Made by a program: the position numbers and the translations under genes. Below are positions 25,248 to 32,550 of a stretch of 32,550 nucleotides of DNA, one piece after another (position 1 is the first letter of the stretch; every line of letters begins with the position of its first letter). The notes under the pieces were generated by a model. That model searched no databases and was not told where the DNA came from. It worked only from the letters and a program-made list of their open reading frames with translations. Where the stretch lies: positions 1 through 32,550 of the forward strand of contig DASSXC010000249.1 of the NCBI GenBank assembly GCA_035704205.1, given 5' to 3'. Source of the stretch: Solirubrobacterales bacterium (GTDB lineage: Bacteria; Actinomycetota; Thermoleophilia; Solirubrobacterales; 70-9).

Positions 25248-26092
25248 TCCAGCCGGAAGCCGGTCAATAGGCGTTTCTCGGTCTCGCCCTCGATCTTGGC
25301 GGCGACTTCGACCTTGCCCTCCAGCGGGGTGTCGCGGATCTTGGTCGCCAGCAGGTCGTCGACCTGGAAGATGCCGGCTGAGTTGTTGAGCTCGATCTCG
25401 ATCCGCACCGGCCGCTCCTCCCCCGCCTCGATCCGAACCTCGTCGATCGCCGCCGCGGAAATCGAGTGGATCCCCTCCTGCCCGGCTTCCAGAGGCAGGC
25501 GCGTACGGCCCTGAGCCATATCGAGCGCATCGGCCACCCGAACCACGCCAGCTTCCAGCGTGTAGGGCTGCCCACGGCGCCGGTGCCCGATGATCGCGTG
25601 CAGGATCTCAGCGGCCACGATCGTCCGCTTCGGCTCCTTATACGACTCGGCGAGCAACCTCTCCAGCGCGCCGTTCGCAAGAAAAAGGCTGTAGGCCTCG
25701 TGGTCTGCTCGGTGGATCGACATGCCGACGTCATGCAGCAACGCCCCACCGGCGACCACCACCTCCGCATCCCGATCCGACATCCCGTGATCGGCGACGA
25801 CCGCCGGCTCCACCCCGGCCTTGACCAGCAAGCGCAGCAATCGCAGGGCGATGTTGAGCACGATCTGCGTATGCACCCAGGAGTGGTCCGACATCCCGAG
25901 CCGTTCAGCGTGCACCTGGGCCATGTACCACCAGGCCCGCACCTGCTCGTCCCCGTTCACCGCGCTCAAGAACTGCTCGAGCTTCCGGTTCCCCCGCGTC
26001 GGCGCCCGCACTTTCGCCTCCGCGATCGCCTCTGCTGGCGGCTTGCGACTGGGTCCTTGCGGATCCGGCGCGGGGACGGCCTCCTCGCTCAT
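25244..26092 (-). CDS. HD-domain metal-dependent phosphohydrolase
   Basis: Motifs HSWVHT..IVLNIA and GGALLHDVGMSIHRADHE (H..HD..H pattern). Confidence 0.75.
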   Translation of the reverse strand: MSEEAVPAPDPQGPSRKPPAEAIAEAKVRAPTRGNRKLEQFLSAVNGDEQVRAWWYMAQVHAERLGMSDHSWVHTQIVLNIALRLLRLLVKAGVEPAVVADHGMSDRDAEVVVAGGALLHDVGMSIHRADHEAYSLFLANGALERLLAESYKEPKRTIVAAEILHAIIGHRRRGQPYTLEAGVVRVADALDMAQGRTRLPLEAGQEGIHSISAAAIDEVRIEAGEERPVRIEIELNNSAGIFQVDDLLATKIRDTPLEGKVEVAAKIEGETEKRLLTGFRLD

Positions 26093-26118
26093 ACCCGCAT
26101 CGTAGAAAGGGGGTCGGA

Positions 26119-26607
26119 TCAGCCGCAGATGGGCCAGGGGCTGGAGCCGGACTGGGCGTAGAGCAAGGCCGCACGGTAATCCTGCTCTTCCTCGGGGGCC
26201 GCGGCAGGGTCACCCGAGCCGCCGACGGACGCCCAGGTTTCGAAGCTGAACTGGTACTTGCCTCTGTAGCTGCCATCGGAAGAGACAGCCGTGGGGTTCC
26301 CCCCGGACTCGCACGATGCGATCGCATCCAGCGTCGATTGGGAGACGCCGCCCGGCAGGCTGGCGAAGGCTTCCTCTCGTTCGCGCTCGATGCGCGCCCT
26401 GCGGGCGGCCCGGATGCGACGAGCCGCCTGGCGCATCTCGGTGCGCAGGCTGTGACCTGACTTCATCCAGGCCGGAGCTTCGGCCGGTACGGCGTCGGCC
26501 AGGCCGATCCGGGTTGGGGCTTGTCCGTCGGGTGCCGCGAAGGCCACCGCCGGGACGGCTAGCGCCATGAGCAGGACAAGAACGGAATATGTGCGTTTTG
26601 CAAGCAA
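26119..26607 (-). CDS. rpf: Resuscitation-promoting-factor-like secreted transglycosylase
   Basis: Signal peptide (VLVLLMALAVPAVAFA). C-terminal Rpf domain IASCESGGNPTAVSSDGSYRGKYQFSFETW. TTG start at 26607. Confidence 0.8.
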   Translation of the reverse strand: MLAKRTYSVLVLLMALAVPAVAFAAPDGQAPTRIGLADAVPAEAPAWMKSGHSLRTEMRQAARRIRAARRARIEREREEAFASLPGGVSQSTLDAIASCESGGNPTAVSSDGSYRGKYQFSFETWASVGGSGDPAAAPEEEQDYRAALLYAQSGSSPWPICG

Positions 26608-26740
26608 GCGCGGAACCGTGGCGGGGTTCCGGGCGCCGCAAAGTGATCGCGCTCACAGAGCTCACGTAGTGCGTGCTGATCCGCACTAGTGCAGGCGTGA
26701 ATCGCTGGTCCCAACGTTGGTCGATGAAAGCGATCATGCG

Positions 26741-27618
26741 GTGAAACCCGCGATCATCCGCGCATCGACGGCCAACCCCCCACCTCGCGCCTGCTGCTCG
26801 CCTGCCCGGACCAGCCCGGTCTGATCGCCGCGGTCAGCGGCTTCCTCGCCGACGCGGGCCGCAACATCGTCGACGCCGATCAGCACTCCAGTCGCGAGGG
26901 GCGCTTCTTCATGCGGATGGCCTTCGACCCGGCTCCCGACGACGAGCGAGAGGCGCTCTACCGCCGTTTCGAGGAGGAGATCGCCAAGCCGCTGCGGATG
27001 GAGCACCACTTCGCCGAGTCGAGCGAGCGCAAGCGGGTGGCGATCATGGTCTCGCGCGAAGACCACTGCCTCTCCGACCTGCTCTGGCGCTGGCGCAGCG
27101 GCGAGCTGGGCGCCGACGTCGTCGCGGTCGTCTCCAACCACGCCGACCACGCCGACCAGGTCGCCTCGCTGGGCCTCCCCTACCACCACGTGCCGGTCGA
27201 AGCGGGAAACCGCGAGGCGGCCGAGAAGCGGGTCCTGGACCTGCTCGGCGGCGAGATCGACCTGCTCGTCCTCGCCCGCTACATGCAGATCCTCTCGGCG
27301 GACCTCCTGCGCGGTCTGGACGCGCCGGCGATCAACATCCACCACAGCTTCCTCCCCGCCTTCGTCGGCGCCGATCCCTACGCCCGCGCGCACGAGCGCG
27401 GCGTCAAGCTGATCGGCGCCACCGCGCACTACGTCACCGAGGAGCTCGACGCCGGCCCGATCATCGACCAGGACGTGACCCGGGTCAGCCATCGCGACGA
27501 GGTCAACGACCTGATGGGAATCGGGCGGGACGTCGAGAGGCTGGTCCTCGCCCGCGCCGTCAAGGCCCACCTCGACGACCGCGTCCTCCTCGACGGAGAT
27601 CGCACCATCGTGTTCTAG
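26741..27618 (+). CDS. purU: Formyltetrahydrofolate deformylase; 5' end needs a frame correction or a non-canonical start
   Basis: ACT domain LLLACPDQPGLIAAVSGFLADAG, and formyltransferase core INIHHSFLPAF and GATAHYVTEELDAGPII. The main frame is open from 26728 but has no ATG/GTG/TTG before 26911. GTG 26741 is in the adjacent frame, upstream of a C6 run (26776-26781). Confidence 0.8.
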
Positions 27619-27658
27619 ATGAAGCTTTGTGCCCCCTTGAGGGGCCACAAGGCTTCAT
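27619..27658 (+). terminator. Strong hairpin starting at the base after the purU stop
   Basis: ATGAAGCTTTGTGCCCCC-TTGA-GGGGCCACAAGGCTTCAT forms an 18-position stem with one mismatch, one G:U pair and a tetraloop. No U-tract. Confidence 0.45.
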
Positions 27659-27690
27659 CAGCAGACTGGCTGGCTGGCCAGTTTTCGCGT

Positions 27691-29106
27691 ATGGTGGGGT
27701 CGATGGAGCAGGCGACGCTCTCCCGTCCCCCCGCGGCGCTGGCGCCGGCGCGGTTCCCGCCCGGCACGAGGCTGCCGGCCTTCGCCCAAATCGGCCTCTA
27801 TGCGCGCGATCCGCTCGGCTTCCTGATCCGCTACCAGCGGCGCTACGGCGACGTTTTCACCATCTCCTTCCCCTTCTACAAGCGGCTCGTCTACGTCGCC
27901 GAGCCGGCGCTGGTCAAAGAGCTCTTCACCACGCCGCCCGAGCAGGCGCACGCCGGCGAGGCCAACGCGACGGTGCTGGAGCCGGCGCTCGGGCCGAATT
28001 CCGTGCTCACCCTCGACGAGGCGCCCCACATGCGCCAGCGCAAGCTGCTGCTGCCCCCCTTCCACGGCGAGCGAATCGAGCGCTACGGCGAGCTGATCCG
28101 CGAGGTGACCCTGAGCGAGATGGAGAGCTGGCCGGTAGGCGAGCCGTTCGCGCTGCGCCCGCACACGCAGCGGATCACCCTGGCGGTGATCATGCGCGCC
28201 GTCTTCGGCGTCCACGACGAGGAGCGCTTGGTCCGCTTCGAGCATCTGATCGAGAACTTCGCCGGGCGCCTCAGCATGGTCACCGCCCTCCCGCCCCTGC
28301 GTCGCGACCTCGGCCGCTGGAGCCCCTGGGCTCGTTTCCTTGCCGCCCGGGCGGCGCTCGATGCCTTCATCTACGAGGAGATCGCCCTGCGTCGGGCAGA
28401 GCTGAATCACCGCGAGGGAGCAGGCGAGGATGTCCTCTCGCTGCTGATGGCGGCGCGCCACGAGGACGGCAGCCCGATGAGCGACGCGGAACTGCGCGAC
28501 GAGCTGGTCACGATCCTCGGCGCCGGCCACGAGACCACCGCGACCGGCCTCGCCTGGGCGATGGAGCGCCTGCTGCGCAACCCGGAGGTGCTCGCGCGGC
28601 TGCGCGAGTCGCTCGACGCCGGCGACGAATACCTCGACGCGACCATCAAGGAGACGTTGCGGACGCGGCCGGTCATCGTCGACGTGGCGCGCAAGCTGAC
28701 CGCGGCGAAGGCGATCGGCGGCTACGAGCTGCCGGCCGGGACCTTCGTGATGGCGGCGATCGCCGCTCTGCACTATCGCGAGGACCTCTTTCCCGATCCG
28801 GACGAGTTCCGGCCCGAGCGCTTCATCGAGGACAAGGCCGATACCTACGCCTGGATTCCCTTCGGCGGCGGCGTGCGCCGCTGCATCGGCGCCGCCTTCG
28901 CCGAATACGAGATGCGGATCGTGCTGCGGGCGATCCTCGAACGGGCCGAGCTGAGCACCCCCGATCCGAAGCCGGAAAAGGTCAAGGTCCGCAACATCAC
29001 CCTCGCCCCCGGCAAGGGGACGCGGGTCAGACTGAATCGGCCGCTGTACCGACCTCCGCTTCGGCCTGCTCCCACTGCTCGTAGAGCTCCGCCACAGCCC
29101 GCTTAG
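27691..29106 (+). CDS. Cytochrome P450
   Basis: I-helix AGHETT, ExxR ETLRTRP and heme loop FGGGVRRCIGAAFA. Start taken as ATG 27691 (alternative ATG 27703), because the track ATG 27619 lies inside the hairpin. Confidence 0.85.
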   Translation: MVGSMEQATLSRPPAALAPARFPPGTRLPAFAQIGLYARDPLGFLIRYQRRYGDVFTISFPFYKRLVYVAEPALVKELFTTPPEQAHAGEANATVLEPALGPNSVLTLDEAPHMRQRKLLLPPFHGERIERYGELIREVTLSEMESWPVGEPFALRPHTQRITLAVIMRAVFGVHDEERLVRFEHLIENFAGRLSMVTALPPLRRDLGRWSPWARFLAARAALDAFIYEEIALRRAELNHREGAGEDVLSLLMAARHEDGSPMSDAELRDELVTILGAGHETTATGLAWAMERLLRNPEVLARLRESLDAGDEYLDATIKETLRTRPVIVDVARKLTAAKAIGGYELPAGTFVMAAIAALHYREDLFPDPDEFRPERFIEDKADTYAWIPFGGGVRRCIGAAFAEYEMRIVLRAILERAELSTPDPKPEKVKVRNITLAPGKGTRVRLNRPLYRPPLRPAPTARRAPPQPA

Positions 29107-30937
29107 CCGCCGCGTGCCGCGCTTCCGCGCGTTCGGCCCGGCCCGGGCTGGCCCAGGCCTCCGGGTCCGAGAGCTCCTCCTCCAGCTTGCGCAGATCCGC
29201 CTCGGCCTGCTCGATCCGCTCGGCCAGGCGGCCGGCCTTCCGCGCCGCCCTCTTCGCCTCGCGGCCGGCGTTGCGGCCGCCGGCTGACGGCGGCGCCGGC
29301 CTGGCGACCTGCGTCGCCGCCTCCGCTGCGGCTTCGCGTTCGTCGCGCTCGCGCTGGTAGGTCGCCCAACCGCTCTGGTGACTGCTCAACTCGCCGTCCT
29401 CGCAAACGAGGGTGCGGGTGCCGACCGCCTCGAGCAGGGCGCGGTCGTGGGAGACCAGGACCACCGCGCCTTCGAAGGCGGATAGCGCGTCCTCGAGGGC
29501 CTCCCGGCTCTCCAGGTCGAGGTGATTCGTCGGCTCGTCGAGGATCAGGACGTTGGCGCCCGAGGCGACCAGGATCGCCAGCGATAGCCGCCGCTGCTCG
29601 CCGCCGGAGATGTCACCGAGCTGCTTCTCGACATCGCCGCCGGAGAAGAGGAAGTTGCCGAGCAGGTCGCGGGCCTTCTGTCCGCTCAGCCCGGTCTCGC
29701 GCTGGGCCGCGTCGAGCACGGTCCCCTCCCCCGCCGCCGTGTCGGCGTGCTGGGAGAGGTAGCCGAGCTTGACGTTGTGGCCGAGCCGCACCGAGCCCGC
29801 GGCGGGCTCGCGCTGCCCGGCCAGGGCCTCGATCAGGGTCGTCTTGCCGGCACCGTTGGGGCCGACGAGGACGACGTGCTCGCCGCGCTCGACTTCGAGA
29901 CGGGCGTCGGAGAGCAGCGTTCGACCGGGCACCTCGATCGTCGCGCCAACCAGCTTCAGCACGACCCGGCCGGGCCGCTCGGGCTTGACGAAGGAGAAGC
30001 GCAGGTTGCGGTTGTCGCGCTGTTCCGCTTCCACGCCGTCGCGCTTGACCTTGTCGATCTGTTTGAGCCGCGACTGCGCCTGGCGCGCCTTGGTCGCCTT
30101 GTAGCGGAAGCGCTCGACGAAGCGCTCCATGCGGGCGATCTCGGCCTCCTGGCGCTCGATCGCCTTGCCGCGGGCGATCTCGCGGGCGGCCTGCTCCTTG
30201 CGCCAGGCGTGCCACGGGCCGGCGAAAAAGCGGGCTCGCCTTGCCTCCAGCTCCAGCACCGAGGTGCCAACCGCCTCGAGGAACCAGCGGTCGTGAGCGA
30301 CGAGGACGACGGCGGCGTCGAGGTCGCGCAGGTAGCGCTCCAGCCACTCCAGCGAGGGGATGTCGAGGTGGTTGGTCGGCTCGTCGAGCAGAAGCAGGTC
30401 GGGCCGGGTCGCCAGGGCGCGGGCCAGCGAGGCGCGGGTCAGCTCGCCGCCGGAGAAGGTCGAGAGCGATCGCTCGGCCTCCTCGCCGCCGAAGCCGAGG
30501 CCGCGCAGGACGGAGAGAACGCCGTCGCGCCAGCGGTAGCCGCCGCCGTGCTCGAGCCGCTGCTGGGCGGCGGCATAGGCGCTCAGCGTCTCCTCGCCGG
30601 TCTGCCCGTCCGACATCGCCGCCTCGAGCCGCTCCAGCTCGGCCTCGGTCGCCAGCATCTCGGCGCGGCCGGAGAAGACGTACTCGCCAAGCGAGGTCTC
30701 TGTCTCCCGCGGCGGGCGCTGGTCGTGCAGGGCGACGCGCGCCCCTTTCTGCAGGACGAGGCTGCCGGCGTCGGGAGAGCGCTCACCGGCCAGGAGCCGC
30801 AGCAGCGTCGACTTGCCGGCGCCGTTGCGGCCGGAGAGGGTCATCCGCTCGCGTGGCTCGAGCTTGAAGGAGACGCCGGCGAACAGCAGCTCGCCGCCCA
30901 TGTGGACGTCGAGGCTGGTTGCGGTTGCGATTGCCAT
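29027..30937 (-). CDS. ABC-F family ATPase (Uup-like, with C-terminal coiled-coil)
   Basis: Two ABC cassettes (GRNGAGKST / FSGGELTRASLA and GPNGAGKTT / ISGGEQRRLSLA) with an inter-domain linker. No TM domain. Charged helical tail. Confidence 0.9.
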   Translation of the reverse strand: MAIATATSLDVHMGGELLFAGVSFKLEPRERMTLSGRNGAGKSTLLRLLAGERSPDAGSLVLQKGARVALHDQRPPRETETSLGEYVFSGRAEMLATEAELERLEAAMSDGQTGEETLSAYAAAQQRLEHGGGYRWRDGVLSVLRGLGFGGEEAERSLSTFSGGELTRASLARALATRPDLLLLDEPTNHLDIPSLEWLERYLRDLDAAVVLVAHDRWFLEAVGTSVLELEARRARFFAGPWHAWRKEQAAREIARGKAIERQEAEIARMERFVERFRYKATKARQAQSRLKQIDKVKRDGVEAEQRDNRNLRFSFVKPERPGRVVLKLVGATIEVPGRTLLSDARLEVERGEHVVLVGPNGAGKTTLIEALAGQREPAAGSVRLGHNVKLGYLSQHADTAAGEGTVLDAAQRETGLSGQKARDLLGNFLFSGGDVEKQLGDISGGEQRRLSLAILVASGANVLILDEPTNHLDLESREALEDALSAFEGAVVLVSHDRALLEAVGTRTLVCEDGELSSHQSGWATYQRERDEREAAAEAATQVARPAPPSAGGRNAGREAKRAARKAGRLAERIEQAEADLRKLEEELSDPEAWASPGRAERAEARHAAAKRAVAELYEQWEQAEAEVGTAADSV

Positions 30938-30962
30938 CGGCGCCTACGTTACGAGACAGGCC

Positions 30963-31077
30963 AGGGTCCATCCCGGTAGGGGTTCCACTTAACTTTTTCG
31001 GTGGGTTGGGGTCAGCTGGCGCCCGTTGCGCTCGACGAAAAAGTGCAAGACGTTTCACCCCTACCGGGATGGACCCT
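30963..31077. repeat. Palindromic intergenic element, copy 2 (inverted relative to copy 1)
   Basis: Perfect 21-bp inverted arms (30963-30983 and 31057-31077). Shares about 37-nt and 33-nt sub-terminal modules with copy 1; the central ~40 nt are unrelated. Confidence 0.7.
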
Positions 31078-31760
31078 CACGTAAGCAAAGTGATGACGCC
31101 GCGGGCGATCATCAGGAGGCCCAAGGCTGCTGCTACCCGCACCGCCCAGCCGCGCCCGCGCTCGCGCAGCGCCGTCTTGAACCGCTCGACCGCCTTGGGC
31201 GTCCAGTCCGGGGCGATCGCGTAGGCCAGCAGTGGGATCTCGAGCAGCATCAGCATGATCAGGTTGAAGGCGATGATGACCGCGACCGTGACCGGATCGG
31301 CCAGGTTCTCGTCGGCGATCCGGTACAGGGCGGTGATGTAGGTGGCGCCGGGGAGGGTGAGCAGGGCACCGACCACGAAGGTGGTTCGCGCTGAGCCGCG
31401 GCTCAGCGCCCGCTGCCAGCGGGGCGGTCCGGACGGGCCCTTGGCGGCCTGGCGCTCGCGCCGCCGCTCGACCACCCGCTGGTCGCGCCCGGTGCCGAGC
31501 ACCAGGGCGATCGTCAGCGCCAGCAGACCCAGGGCGATGTCGGCTCCCGGGCCCAGCGTGGTCTGCGTCGTGTGCACCAGACCCGAGTGGCGCAGCGTGA
31601 AGACGATCACCAGGCCAAGCGTGACGCTGGTCATCGCCGCGCCGAGCAGGTAGCCGAGCAGCAGCCGCTTCGGATGCGGCAACAGCAGCATCACCGTCGT
31701 CGCCGCGAGCAACGTCGGATAGAGCGCAGCGAGGAAGGCAAGAAAGAAGACGTCGCCCAC
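31077..31760 (-). CDS. Polytopic membrane protein, GAP/Sap (LysE-like) family candidate
   Basis: Six hydrophobic helices with a central basic loop (RRRERQAAKGPSGPPRWQR). Family assignment is from memory only. Confidence 0.5.
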   Translation of the reverse strand: MGDVFFLAFLAALYPTLLAATTVMLLLPHPKRLLLGYLLGAAMTSVTLGLVIVFTLRHSGLVHTTQTTLGPGADIALGLLALTIALVLGTGRDQRVVERRRERQAAKGPSGPPRWQRALSRGSARTTFVVGALLTLPGATYITALYRIADENLADPVTVAVIIAFNLIMLMLLEIPLLAYAIAPDWTPKAVERFKTALRERGRGWAVRVAAALGLLMIARGVITLLT

Positions 31761-31784
31761 GGTGCGACCCTATCTGGACGTGCC

Positions 31785-31964
31785 TCAGGCGAACTGCCTG
31801 GCGGCGATCTGGTCGATCGTGCCCTTGGTCCTGATCGTGGTTGGGCCGAGGGTCGTGGCGAGGGCCTCGGGGTCGAGCTCGGATTCCGACATGCCGCCCT
31901 TCGGCAGCCAGCAGAGCTCGCGGCCCTCGATCGCGAGGCGGTCCCGCCGACCACCCAAGCTCAT
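31785..31964 (-). CDS. Small hypothetical protein (59 aa), absent from the supplied ORF track
   Basis: ATG 31964 to TGA 31785, translating to MSLGGRRDRLAIEGRELCWLPKGGMSESELDPEALATTLGPTTIRTKGTIDQIAARQFA. Third-position G/C is strongly dominant. Confidence 0.4.
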   Translation of the reverse strand: MSLGGRRDRLAIEGRELCWLPKGGMSESELDPEALATTLGPTTIRTKGTIDQIAARQFA

Positions 31965-32025
31965 CCCCGTAGGAAGGCGACGTGGCGATCGGTCTGCACC
32001 TTGGAGCTCATCTGCAGTCGAATCT

Positions 32026-32385
32026 ATGGAGGCGGCCGGAATTGAACCGGCGTCTCTGGACGTAGCGCGAAGGCATCTACAGGTTTAGCCGGCGCTTGAT
32101 TCTCGTCTCCCGGGGTCCGCGCCGGCGGGCACTGCGGGAGGCAAAGCCCTCTGAAATGTCCCCTTGCGGACGGGGCGATCCGCCTGGGTAAGCCCGCAAT
32201 TTGAAGCCGGTGCCCCTCTCCGCGGGCGGGAGAGGGCCGACTCTCACTCACCTAGATCTAACTAGGCAGCGAGGGCGAACTCATGGTCCGCACGTATTGG
32301 TTGGTGCCGGTGTTTAACGAGGCCTCCGGCAACCTCGACCTGCAACCGTTCGCACGGATCGACCAGATCGAAGCCTGTCGCCCCC
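32026..32385 (-). ncRNA. ssrA: tmRNA (transfer-messenger RNA)
   Basis: 5' end GGGGGCGACAGGCTTCGA. The 3' end GCCGGTTCAATTCCGGCCGCCTCCA gives a T-arm and a 7-bp acceptor stem with G3:U. Internal tag frame GCG GAC CAT GAG TTC GCC CTC GCT GCC TAG (ADHEFALAA) at 32262-32291. Length 360 nt. Confidence 0.85.
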
Positions 32386-32420
32386 GTGCTATGTGCATCC
32401 GATTGTACGGTGTCGGGTAC

Positions 32421-32550
32421 GTGACGACGGTGCCGGAGCGAGAATTCGACGCGATCGTGATCGGCGCCGGTGCGCCGGGCGAGGTCTGCGCGGGACGCCT
32501 GGCCGACGGCGGGCTCTCGGTGGCGATCGTCGAGAGCCACCTGGTCGGCG
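32421..32550 (+). CDS. FAD-dependent pyridine-nucleotide-disulfide oxidoreductase family protein, N-terminal fragment (runs off window)
   Basis: From GTG 32421: VTTVPEREFDAIVIGAGAPGEVCAGRLADGGLSVAIVE. This is a Rossmann GxGxxG dinucleotide-binding fingerprint ending in an acidic residue. Confidence 0.7.
   Translation, partial: MTTVPEREFDAIVIGAGAPGEVCAGRLADGGLSVAIVESHLVG

Noticed and set aside
26608-26740. Possible cyclic-di-AMP (ydaO-type) riboswitch in the rpf 5' leader, since such riboswitches commonly precede rpf genes in actinobacteria.
   Set aside because: I could not find the conserved ydaO sequence blocks I remember in the minus-strand leader. I found only a generic hairpin (GGAACC..GGTTCC) near the TTG start. 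An Infernal search would settle it; as it stands the call is unsupported.
27619-27690. Track start ATG 27619 for the cytochrome P450 (MKLCAPLRGHKASS...).
   Set aside because: The ATG is the base of a strong 18-bp hairpin directly abutting the purU stop, and the first 24 codons are not P450-like. Downstream ATGs at 27691 and 27703 are more plausible.
31077-32026. Genomic island integrated at the tmRNA 3' end.
   Set aside because: There is no integrase, no phage or plasmid genes, no obvious compositional shift, and I did not see a direct repeat of the tmRNA 3' terminus in the window.
1-32550. CRISPR arrays, rRNA/tRNA genes, transposases, integrases, prophage genes.
   Set aside because: I scanned by eye on both strands. 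I found no short regularly spaced direct repeats and no tRNA cloverleaf other than the tmRNA tRNA-like ends. No ORF has transposase or integrase signatures.

Overview
High-GC, gene-dense chromosomal segment of actinobacterial type: Ala/Arg/Gly-rich proteins, frequent GTG/TTG starts and many 4-nt stop/start overlaps. I can support about 45 genes, most on the minus strand. Three blocks stand out. (1) 3.3-7.5 kb holds an orphan Tad-like module. It has two TadE-like pseudopilins, a CpaE/TadZ-like protein with a degenerate Walker A, and a TadG-like anchored protein carrying both an M15/VanY-type peptidase and an SLT lytic transglycosylase domain. No pilin, secretion ATPase or platform gene is in the window. 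The module is interleaved with two VapBC (PIN) toxin-antitoxin cassettes, and a shared 53-nt block lies directly 5' of its two sub-units. (2) 8.1-23.8 kb is a contiguous phosphate/polyphosphate supercluster. It contains PiT + DUF47, ppk1, a PHP-phosphoesterase::GT4-glycosyltransferase fusion, two tandem half-size CHAD proteins, ppx, and a signal-less PLC/AcpA-family phosphoesterase. It also contains phoU-pstBACS and an orphan OmpR/PhoB-type response regulator. 11-bp-phased TTnACA (Pho-box-like) repeats lie in front of pstS and of the regulator. (3) 24-32.5 kb carries housekeeping genes (uppP, HD hydrolase, Rpf, purU, P450, ABC-F, GAP-like membrane protein), tmRNA (ssrA) and the start of an FAD oxidoreductase. 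Two copies of a ~115-nt palindromic intergenic element (15277-15395 and 30963-31077, opposite orientations) are not explained by any gene. I saw no CRISPR array, rRNA, tRNA, transposase or integrase. Most long ORFs in the supplied track that overlap the genes below are high-GC shadow frames.
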